Positions 55,838 through 64,000 of a stretch of DNA of 64,000 nt are shown in pieces (position 1 is the stretch's first letter; the number at the start of each line of letters is the position of its first letter). The stretch comes from a virus (lineage: Duplodnaviria > Caudoviricetes). Made by a program: the position numbers and the translations under genes. The stretch lies in the IMG/VR virus record IMGVR_UViG_3300008107_000634, positions 1,991-65,990 of that record; one strand, written 5' to 3'. A model generated the notes under the pieces. The model had not been told where the DNA came from. It saw only the letters and a list, made by a program, of their open reading frames with translations, and ran no database searches.

Positions 55838-56609
55838 TGTAACCGTATCATTTCATAAAAGTCTTTTACCTTACACTAATGGTATCAAACAATTAGAAAT
55901 GACGACAGATGTCATCTATTTCTTGTTTTTAAACTCTCTGAATCTATTTCCCGAGTTAGAACGTCTTGTAAGACATGCACGATTTAGTAAGCTTGAAGAG
56001 ATAGCTATAATCCATAAAGGTAAGTGTCTATCTCCCGAAGAGTTTTTATTCTTAGCTAAAGATGGAGAGACTTATCATATAGTTCCTATTTTTCGTGGTA
56101 GTGGACTTGAAGCTATGGCTATAGGTTTTGCCATAGGTTTTGCCACTAGCTTTACTATATCTTTAGTGCAGGGAGCAAGTTTCGGTCAAGCTTTACTAAG
56201 AGGTTTAATAGGCGGAGCTGCAGGCGCCTTAGGGGCTGGAGCCTTTCAATCTTTTGGGACGGTTGCTTTAGAGGGAGCATCTTTAGCTACCGGTGGATTT
56301 GCTGCCTCAGGTATAACAGCCCCAACAGTAGGATCTTATCTAGCCGCAGGACTTGCAAGCGCAGTGGGTAGTATAGCTCAAAATGTATTAGTTCCTATTA
56401 AACCTAAAATTAAAAGTATGGATTCTGCTGATTCTGGAGATAGGCGTAATAATGATGCTTTTGATAGCCAAATAAATACTGTGCACCCAAATCAATCTAT
56501 ACCACTTAATTATGGTATGTTAAGAGTAGCAGGGCAAATTATTAGTGCAGATGTAGATACTATATCTCACGATAAAGGTGCTATAATATCGGTGGCAAGC
56601 TATGTATAA
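55830..56609 (+). CDS. tail assembly protein I-like 1
   Basis: HIVP, hydrophobic Gly/Ala stretch, N.IPL.YG..RV.GQ.IS. Confidence 0.75.
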   Translation: MSNVTVSFHKSLLPYTNGIKQLEMTTDVIYFLFLNSLNLFPELERLVRHARFSKLEEIAIIHKGKCLSPEEFLFLAKDGETYHIVPIFRGSGLEAMAIGFAIGFATSFTISLVQGASFGQALLRGLIGGAAGALGAGAFQSFGTVALEGASLATGGFAASGITAPTVGSYLAAGLASAVGSIAQNVLVPIKPKIKSMDSADSGDRRNNDAFDSQINTVHPNQSIPLNYGMLRVAGQIISADVDTISHDKGAIISVASYV

Positions 56610-57156
56610 TATACGCTTTCATAAAATATTATTACCATCCAATTCACAAACCCAAATATCAGCTGATATTCATAAAGTATCGGATCTTTTGTCTTATATT
56701 AAGAATCTTTATCCAAGTCTGGACAAATCTAGAATATTATTATTAACTACGGAATTTAAACCATTTCCAGATGCCTGGTTAACTAGAGACGAGATACCAG
56801 ATGATCAAACGGGGTGTTATATAGTTCCTTTAATATGTGGAAACTTAGAGACAATAACAGCTTCTGTAGTAGGACAGGCTGTCGTAAGAGCAGTAGTAGG
56901 AACAGTTATTAGCTTTGCTCTAGGCGCAGTTATACAAGCTATTATGCCTAAGCCAAAAAGATCTGATACAGGTATAACAGATCAGGATAGAAGAAATAAT
57001 GATGCTTTCGATGGTATAATAAATACAGTTGACAGCAGTAATTCTATACCTTTAAACTATGGTATGTTGAGAGTTGGCGGCCAGATTATTAGTGCGGATG
57101 TAAATACTATTAATCACGAAAAAGGTGATGTAATTAATGTATCAAGCTATGTATAA
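56602..57156 (+). CDS. tail assembly protein I-like 2
   Basis: Paralogue with the same C-terminal motif. Confidence 0.75.
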   Translation: MYNIRFHKILLPSNSQTQISADIHKVSDLLSYIKNLYPSLDKSRILLLTTEFKPFPDAWLTRDEIPDDQTGCYIVPLICGNLETITASVVGQAVVRAVVGTVISFALGAVIQAIMPKPKRSDTGITDQDRRNNDAFDGIINTVDSSNSIPLNYGMLRVGGQIISADVNTINHEKGDVINVSSYV

Positions 57157-60100
57157 ATCTTACTATATTATAAACGGTAGATATGTGCCCTTTATCTCTG
57201 GAGGTAAAGGAGGATGCTTCGCGGCAGGAACCCTTATAGATATTCCTGGCGGTAATAAACCTATTGAAGAAATACGAGTAGATGATATAGTAATTAGCTT
57301 TGATCATTATGGTAAACTATCAAAGAATAAAGTCATTCAAGTATTCGAGCACGACGAAGATGAGCTAGTAGATATTTCTTTTTGGAATGGTAGTTTTAAA
57401 ATAACACCTAATCACTGGGTTTTAAATGAGAATATGGCTTTTACAGCTATAGGTAATTTACAAATAGATGATGTCTTAGTTGATAGATTAGGATATTATA
57501 GACCTATCTTAGAAATTAAAAATATAGGTAAAAGTAAAGTATATAATTTTACTGTAGAAAATGATCATACCTATATAGCCAACGGCATTCGCGTGCATAA
57601 TAAGGGTGGAGGAAAGGGAGCTTCTCCAGCTCCTGCTGTGGAGGCGCCTAATTCTCTATTTTCTACTGATATTTTCTTTGGCACTTTAGCTTTAGGAGAG
57701 GGACCAGTATATCGTATTAATCCTAATGGACCTCAAGATATAGAATTTAACGAATCTACTATAGACGACTTAATAAAAATAGATGGTGATGGAACTGTAA
57801 ATACTGAACTATTCTATACGGCACAGTCAACAGGGACAGTTACAGGTAAAGGATTGCCAGCTAGTTTAGGTAGATTTGCTGGTAAAACTGTAACGCCTCA
57901 AGGACTAAACTCTCCAGTAAGTCTTAAAAAGGGTAATTTAGAGAGTATACCTAAAGTAGTTGTTACACAAAACACGAGTCAAAGCGCCTGGGATAGCTTA
58001 GAATTTAATTTCTTAATCTCTGGGCTGCAAAGTATGGATAACAACGGTAACGTCAGTGGTTACTCGGTAGGTGTTAAAATAACTATTTATGACTATACAG
58101 GAGCTAATATACTTAAAGACGAAAACGGGGATGATTTAATAATAGAAAAAACTATATCAGGAAAAACTAATACTAATTTTAAATTTCAAATCTCAGCTAT
58201 TATACCTGATAATGTTAAGAGTGGAAATGGATATCAGTTTAAAATTGAAAAAATTACTGATGATTCAGATAGCTCTAAAATACAAGATACTATACAGTTT
58301 GTTGGATGGGATGAAATAAAAAACTCTAAACAAGTCTATCCTAGAACAGCACTGCTAGGATTTGCTTTAAAATCTACCGCTGAATATTCAGGCTCTATTC
58401 CTACTGTTACTTCGCTTGTAAAAGGCCTTATAATAAAGGTTCCTAGTAATTATAATCAACCTGTATTAGCTACAGGAGAAATTGATTGGAGAGAGTTAGA
58501 AACTCCTACTTCTGGCGCTCTTTCTTACACTACTTGTGGATATAGCTTAGAAAATCCAGGATCTTCTACTCAGCTTACAGAAGCTAATCCCATAATTTAT
58601 AAAGGATCCTGGGATGGTACTTTCGTCTATAAATGGACTCAGAATCCTATATGGGTTCTATATGATTTATTAACTAACCAGTCTTACGGATTAGGAATAC
58701 CAGAAGGTAACATAGATAAGTTTAAATTCTACAAGATAGCTCAATATTGTGATGCAGTTGACCCTAAGACAGGTAGATTTACAGGAGTCACTGGATATGC
58801 AGACGGCACCTTTAGAAGTAAACCTAGAGGTAAATTTACCACAGTAAGAGAAAATCAAATTGGAGTTAGTTTAGGAACTCAGATCATAGAGCGCAGATTT
58901 ACTTGTAATATATCTCTTAACAGCCAAAAACAAGTTATGGATATTATTAATCAGATTACTGCTATATTTAGAGGTATCTTGTTCTACTCTGGCGGAAAGA
59001 TCTCATTAAATGTAGATCTTCCTGATGAAATACCCGTAGCTGTATATAATGAGACAAATATCTTAAAAAACTCTTTACTAATTAGTGGTATCAGAGAGTC
59101 AGAAATTTTAACAGGCGTAGAGGTATCTTATCTTGAGCCTAGAAACCATTCTCGTAGAGAGTTAGTAAGAATAGACGACCCTACCGCTATATCTGAGCTT
59201 AATTCTATAGAAAATGTAAAATCTATAGATTTACCTGGTTGTGATAGACGAAGTCAGGCAATGAGGTTTGGGCAGTATTTATTAGCATCTAGCAAATATG
59301 TCAGAAGAAAGGCTACTTTTAAAACGCCTGCTGAAGGTATGACCTCTACCATTGGAGATGTTATAGCAGTATCTCAAAGAATAGGAGGTATAGCTTGGGG
59401 TTACGGAGGAAGAGTATTTGCTAACGCTACTACAGCTACTGGAAATGTAATACTAGAACACTTTACTAGTCCCGCTATTACAGGTTCTGTCATAACTGGG
59501 AACACTAAACCCATAGCTTTGAGAGTAATTAATAGAGAGACAGAGAGAGTAGAGTTGTATATATGTAATAATACTTATAGTTCTGTATCTAGTTCTAATG
59601 TTAATGCAGGCATAGACATTATTGAACTTACAGTTCAAAAAGTATACAAACCACAAACTAGAACATTTGCTTCTTTTAGTAATTTTACTTCTAATAATGT
59701 TCCCGTAAAAGGTGATATATGGTCTTTAGGAGAGGTAGATCCTTCTAATTACTATACCAACACTAATGATAAACTATTTAAGATAGTAAACGTAGAAAGA
59801 GATACTGATGAGTTAGTTACTATAACTGCTACAGAATATGTATCTAACGTATATACAGATTCTGATAGCATTATTAGTTACGTTCCTGTTAAATATACCG
59901 ATACAGCTAATCCTCTAATACCACCTCCTGCACCTATATTAAAAGTAATACCTAGACCTATAAAGAATTTAGATGGCTCAGTACAGTATGACTTAGAGAT
60001 TTATGCATCTACTGATACTACCGGATACCCAATTTCTATTGCTACAGAAATGGAATTAGCTAAACCCTCTGAAATAGTGCTGGCACAAGGCATATCGTAA
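57137..60100 (+). CDS. central tail hub / gpJ-like protein with Hint domain (start possibly 57149)
   Basis: LGEGP, YPRTA, KGL..KVP.NY, W..NP.W..YD, RF..N motifs; Hint at 57215-57601. Confidence 0.88.
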   Translation: MYQAMYKSYYIINGRYVPFISGGKGGCFAAGTLIDIPGGNKPIEEIRVDDIVISFDHYGKLSKNKVIQVFEHDEDELVDISFWNGSFKITPNHWVLNENMAFTAIGNLQIDDVLVDRLGYYRPILEIKNIGKSKVYNFTVENDHTYIANGIRVHNKGGGKGASPAPAVEAPNSLFSTDIFFGTLALGEGPVYRINPNGPQDIEFNESTIDDLIKIDGDGTVNTELFYTAQSTGTVTGKGLPASLGRFAGKTVTPQGLNSPVSLKKGNLESIPKVVVTQNTSQSAWDSLEFNFLISGLQSMDNNGNVSGYSVGVKITIYDYTGANILKDENGDDLIIEKTISGKTNTNFKFQISAIIPDNVKSGNGYQFKIEKITDDSDSSKIQDTIQFVGWDEIKNSKQVYPRTALLGFALKSTAEYSGSIPTVTSLVKGLIIKVPSNYNQPVLATGEIDWRELETPTSGALSYTTCGYSLENPGSSTQLTEANPIIYKGSWDGTFVYKWTQNPIWVLYDLLTNQSYGLGIPEGNIDKFKFYKIAQYCDAVDPKTGRFTGVTGYADGTFRSKPRGKFTTVRENQIGVSLGTQIIERRFTCNISLNSQKQVMDIINQITAIFRGILFYSGGKISLNVDLPDEIPVAVYNETNILKNSLLISGIRESEILTGVEVSYLEPRNHSRRELVRIDDPTAISELNSIENVKSIDLPGCDRRSQAMRFGQYLLASSKYVRRKATFKTPAEGMTSTIGDVIAVSQRIGGIAWGYGGRVFANATTATGNVILEHFTSPAITGSVITGNTKPIALRVINRETERVELYICNNTYSSVSSSNVNAGIDIIELTVQKVYKPQTRTFASFSNFTSNNVPVKGDIWSLGEVDPSNYYTNTNDKLFKIVNVERDTDELVTITATEYVSNVYTDSDSIISYVPVKYTDTANPLIPPPAPILKVIPRPIKNLDGSVQYDLEIYASTDTTGYPISIATEMELAKPSEIVLAQGIS
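57215..57601 (+). other. Hint (intein-like) domain, 129 aa, no endonuclease
   Basis: CFAAGT start, T.NH block B, VYNFTV...TYIANGI.VHN end; the +1 residue is Lys. Confidence 0.9.
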
Positions 60101-63100
60101 TGGCATATAAAACAATAACCGTAGAAAATACTTCTAATATATCTAATGGTATCGGAGTAGCTCTGGTAGGCAAAAATGGGTTTAATACCCTTTTAGGATC
60201 TATACCTTTGTTATGCACATCAGTAAATAGAGTAGATGTTACTGGAGATAAAACTATAAAAAATGGTAACTTAGAATTTACTGTTACTGGATTAGCTAGT
60301 GCAATAGACTTAAACTTTAATAAAAATGTATTATTAGTTAATGATGACCCGGCTGTTTTTGGTAACCTAAAGGGTATTGATTATGTAGGAATACCTATTA
60401 ATGAGAAAACAGATACAGGTGCAGATATAGGGCATGTAGGATATAATCCTATAGTAACTCAGATTAGTATGCCTATAGAGAGTTTTAACTTAAGTAATAA
60501 TACTTTAAAGGTTAATAATAGTGTAAGCGCTAACCACCCAGAGACTTTCTTATTAGATAGTTTACCTGAGCCTCCTTTCTACCTAAAAATAAGTCAACTT
60601 TTAGATCAGACTAAATTTAATAATAATAGCGTGTATCTAGAAGGATATTCACATATATTTACAAAGACTTTTAATATTGAGGCTATAGCTGTTGCAGGAT
60701 CTTCTACTGTTGATATAAACATAGTACCAAGATATAAGACTGCAATTTCAGTATATATTGATAATCAAGAACAAGCTCAGGGTGTTTTTACGTGGGATAG
60801 TAAATCTAATATTACTGTCCAGACTGGAACTGGAAAAGTTCTTACCGTAAGAACAAACCACTATACTGTCCCTATCATAGAACCAGGAGATAATATTTCT
60901 TTATTTTCTGGTAATATCTATGCTGTTTCTGAGACTAGTTACAATCCTTCAAGCCCTAGTTATAACTCCTATTTAACTACTAATTGTATTTACAGAGTTA
61001 AATTTGCTACATCGCTTACTGCTAATATATCTGGAGTTACGGGCGTAAATATATCTAATGATATTCAAGGCACTGTAGGAAATTTAAATGCTACAGCTAA
61101 TACATTCACTTTGGACTATGACAACACAATATATCCAGGAGTTTACGAATTAGGATCTTATAAAGTATATAACGTAAGTTTAAGTAAAACTTTTGAATCC
61201 TTAGACATAAGTAAAGAAGGAAAGATAAAAAATATAGCCCCAGGAAGTTATGTTGTAAGAGCTAGAAACAAGAATAGTTTTAATAGAAAAAGCGCATATT
61301 CTACTAAACAGGTAAATATTGATACTTTACCGATAGGAAAAGTAACAGATTTACAAATATCTGAATCTCTTTACAGAGATAAACAAGTTGGTATTGCTGT
61401 TAGAGCTACTATAAGTTTTACTCCTATAGTTAATCAATCTGTTACAGACTATGAAATATCTTATAAAATAGCAGATAATAGTTCTGGAGCTGATCTGCTT
61501 ACTTATACTACTGTAAAAGTGTCTGCTAGCGGTATAGCAGAAGACGGAAAATTATATTTTAAGATTGATAATATAGAAAGAGGTGCCTCTGCTGGTGCTT
61601 ATCGTTTTTATGCTAGAGTTACACCTCTTAATAATGATATCAGAGGTATTACTACAGAAACCTCAGCAGATATAGTGGGTAAAACTGCTAAACCAGACGG
61701 AGTAACCCGGTTTTCAGCCAGTCAACTTGGAGATCAAATTTTATTCTCTTGGACAGTTCCTAGAGATCAAAACGGTGATCCTCTAGAAATAGACTTATAT
61801 CAATTTGAGATAAAACAATTAACAGGAACTTATAGTTCTGTCACAGAATCTAACTGGGAATCCTCAACAAGTATAGGATCTGCTTTTGCTAACGTAAGTT
61901 TCTTAAATGCGCCTGTTAGAGAGTATGGTACTTTTACTTACTTATTAAGAACTAGAGATACAACAGGTAATCAGTGTGAAGCATCTGATATAGCTGTATA
62001 CACTATAACTACTATACGACCAGCTAGCCTATTTACTTTTAGAGCGTTCAGCGAAGATAATCCAGGTGCAAATGACTATATATCTGGATCTACTAATAAT
62101 AATTATTTTGAATATTATTATCCAAGTTTTGCTAATTCTGTTTATGGAGGAATAGCAGGAGCAGGTAGAAGTATAGTTGATAACTCTAACGGTACTTCTA
62201 TCGGATTTACGGTTGCTGCAGGCGTTACAGATCTTAATGCGTCTGCTAATGCGGTATATTATACTCAAATAAGAGATTTAGGACAACTTATTACTGGCAG
62301 GTTAGTATCTAGTGTAAACGTTATTCAAAGTGTTACTTCAACATATAATGATTTTAAAGAAAATGTTCTCGTTGGGGTATCTGACGCCTTACAAAGTCCT
62401 GGATTTTTTCAAGATAGCGCTCTTACAACGTTTTTAGATATAGCAACGTATGATACAGATAATAAAACATTGACAAGCGGAGGTCCTAGTGGTAATGTTT
62501 ATGCTATATGGAACTATGGACAGTTTGTTGATGATGTATCAAACGCTAATAGTTATGCCCTTATACTTAGTGTGACAAATTCTTCTTTAGGCATAATTCA
62601 ATTTAGTAATACTTATTTTGCAAATGGAGTGTCTACAGGTAGCAATATATTAGCTAATTTAAGTGGAAGTGCTACTTCTTATGCATTAGTTAATTTAACA
62701 CAGTATAATGACAGATTAACATCTACTTTTGAGGGGCCAAGTAATTCTATATCTTACAACGTAGACTTAAGATATTCAACTGCTAGTAATGTTTATTACT
62801 CTGGTAATAATCAAGTTAATACTAATGCTTTCGTAGGATTTGCAACCAACGATGGTTGGGCTCCTTTAACTGAATCTGATATTACTTTTAGACATTTCCA
62901 ACTTAGAGTTTCTATAGTAAATTCCAAACCCGGACAAGTGTCTACTATATTGGATAAGCTTAGATATGCAGTTAACTTAACTAGAAAAGTATTTTCTACT
63001 AGTAATACGATAAATTCTAGTAATACTACTATAGATTACGGTGCCTCTGGATTTACTGTAGTCCCTACTATAACAGTTAGTCAAACATCTGGCACAGACC

Positions 63101-63219
63101 CAGTAGTGCCAATTATTACAGGTAAAACTAATAATCAATGCGGCATATCTCTATATTATTCTAGCAATGGAGTATCTGTTACAGGTATTACCGTAGATAT
63201 CAAAGCAGATGGAGCATAA
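60100..63219 (+). CDS. tail tip/fibre protein with fibronectin-III-like domains (gpJ C-terminal-like)
   Basis: PGSYVVRARN, ATISFTP, GKTAKP.V..F.A...FSW. Confidence 0.7.
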   Translation: MAYKTITVENTSNISNGIGVALVGKNGFNTLLGSIPLLCTSVNRVDVTGDKTIKNGNLEFTVTGLASAIDLNFNKNVLLVNDDPAVFGNLKGIDYVGIPINEKTDTGADIGHVGYNPIVTQISMPIESFNLSNNTLKVNNSVSANHPETFLLDSLPEPPFYLKISQLLDQTKFNNNSVYLEGYSHIFTKTFNIEAIAVAGSSTVDINIVPRYKTAISVYIDNQEQAQGVFTWDSKSNITVQTGTGKVLTVRTNHYTVPIIEPGDNISLFSGNIYAVSETSYNPSSPSYNSYLTTNCIYRVKFATSLTANISGVTGVNISNDIQGTVGNLNATANTFTLDYDNTIYPGVYELGSYKVYNVSLSKTFESLDISKEGKIKNIAPGSYVVRARNKNSFNRKSAYSTKQVNIDTLPIGKVTDLQISESLYRDKQVGIAVRATISFTPIVNQSVTDYEISYKIADNSSGADLLTYTTVKVSASGIAEDGKLYFKIDNIERGASAGAYRFYARVTPLNNDIRGITTETSADIVGKTAKPDGVTRFSASQLGDQILFSWTVPRDQNGDPLEIDLYQFEIKQLTGTYSSVTESNWESSTSIGSAFANVSFLNAPVREYGTFTYLLRTRDTTGNQCEASDIAVYTITTIRPASLFTFRAFSEDNPGANDYISGSTNNNYFEYYYPSFANSVYGGIAGAGRSIVDNSNGTSIGFTVAAGVTDLNASANAVYYTQIRDLGQLITGRLVSSVNVIQSVTSTYNDFKENVLVGVSDALQSPGFFQDSALTTFLDIATYDTDNKTLTSGGPSGNVYAIWNYGQFVDDVSNANSYALILSVTNSSLGIIQFSNTYFANGVSTGSNILANLSGSATSYALVNLTQYNDRLTSTFEGPSNSISYNVDLRYSTASNVYYSGNNQVNTNAFVGFATNDGWAPLTESDITFRHFQLRVSIVNSKPGQVSTILDKLRYAVNLTRKVFSTSNTINSSNTTIDYGASGFTVVPTITVSQTSGTDPVVPIITGKTNNQCGISLYYSSNGVSVTGITVDIKADGA

Positions 63220-63222
63220 GTA

Positions 63223-64000
63223 ATGCCAAGTTCAAATACATTTTCAACGCCTACATCGAGCACCTCTTTAGGAACTGCTAGAATTCAAATAAATGAAACT
63301 CTGTTTGCTTTATTACAAAATTTTTATAGTTCTGGCATACCTAACTCTACAAATATAACATACGAAGGGGGAGCTACCGCTCCTCCAAATGGTATGTTGT
63401 ATGTAGATGCAACAACTGGAGCCCTTTATAAGGTAGATAGTACTTTCAATAAAAATTCTGTTTTAGGACAAAATCTTTCTAGATACGGTATAGGATACCG
63501 TATAGAAAAAGATTTAGTACATGCTGTTGCTAATATAGGAACTTATGAGATAGGTGAATTCTTTAGCACTACATATACGGGCGGACCTGCTGCTAATGCT
63601 AGAATGTATATGAAATATTCTAACAGTAGCCCTTTTATAGTAGATGTAGGAGTGCCGCCGACTGGTTCTGTAACTTCTACCATCGTGGCAGACTCTGCAA
63701 TAACTGATGCAAAATTAGCAACAGGCGGTAACTTAAAATTTAACACCGATGGTAAATTAACTGTAGGTAGCACTACTCTTAGCAGTAACCATCAACTTAC
63801 AGTATATGGTTCATATAATACTGCTTATGCGAACGCCTCTACACAGACTCTTACAGATGGGGCTACTATATCTTGGGATCTATTTTTAGGACAAGTAGCA
63901 ACTGTAACTCTTGGAGGTAATAGGACTGTTGCGGCTCCCGGTAATATGAGAGTAGGAACTTACATACTTCATGTTATACAAGACGGAGTAGGCGGTCGCA
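63223..64000 (+). CDS. tail fibre protein, truncated by the window end
   Basis: Open frame MPSSNTFSTP...; contains LTDGATISWD..GQVATVTLGGNR as in the 24000 ORF. Confidence 0.7.
   Translation, partial: MPSSNTFSTPTSSTSLGTARIQINETLFALLQNFYSSGIPNSTNITYEGGATAPPNGMLYVDATTGALYKVDSTFNKNSVLGQNLSRYGIGYRIEKDLVHAVANIGTYEIGEFFSTTYTGGPAANARMYMKYSNSSPFIVDVGVPPTGSVTSTIVADSAITDAKLATGGNLKFNTDGKLTVGSTTLSSNHQLTVYGSYNTAYANASTQTLTDGATISWDLFLGQVATVTLGGNRTVAAPGNMRVGTYILHVIQDGVGGR

Noticed and set aside
17224-64000. Stop-codon reassignment
   Set aside because: Structural genes are full length and tightly coupled under the standard code; no suppressor tRNA is supported.

Overview
The window is part of a tailed phage with a T5-like (Demerecviridae-like) siphovirus layout, in two compositionally different parts. 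(1) 1-17.2 kb is GC-rich and modular. It holds small ORFs (DEDDh exonuclease, SprT-like peptidase, T5 A2-like protein, HAD phosphatase, two WYL_2-like proteins, HNH-like protein, acidic peptides), 3 tRNAs, a ~465-nt ORF-free structured RNA and a tandemly duplicated ~150-180-nt structured RNA. These cargoes sit in promoter-bearing cassettes separated by 28 copies of a 44-bp element (TCAA-N4-TTAG, 20-bp GC spacer, CTAA-N4-TTGA), which reads as a pair of inverted IHF consensus sites. In 11-16 kb these elements are flanked at exactly 39 bp by inward-pointing sigma54 (-24/-12) consensus boxes. (2) 17.2-64 kb is an AT-rich plus-strand late region: terS, fibre/repeat proteins, 2OG-Fe(II) oxygenases, a TctA/TctC-like transporter with two PP-loop enzymes, PhoH, terL, portal, a protease-capsid fusion, neck, tail tube, chaperones, tape measure and a lambda L/K/I/J-like tip whose J-like protein carries a Hint domain. 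The strongest candidate for an undescribed system is the IHF-pair/sigma54 cassette array with its ncRNA cargo. All protein assignments come from motif recognition by eye; no searches were run.
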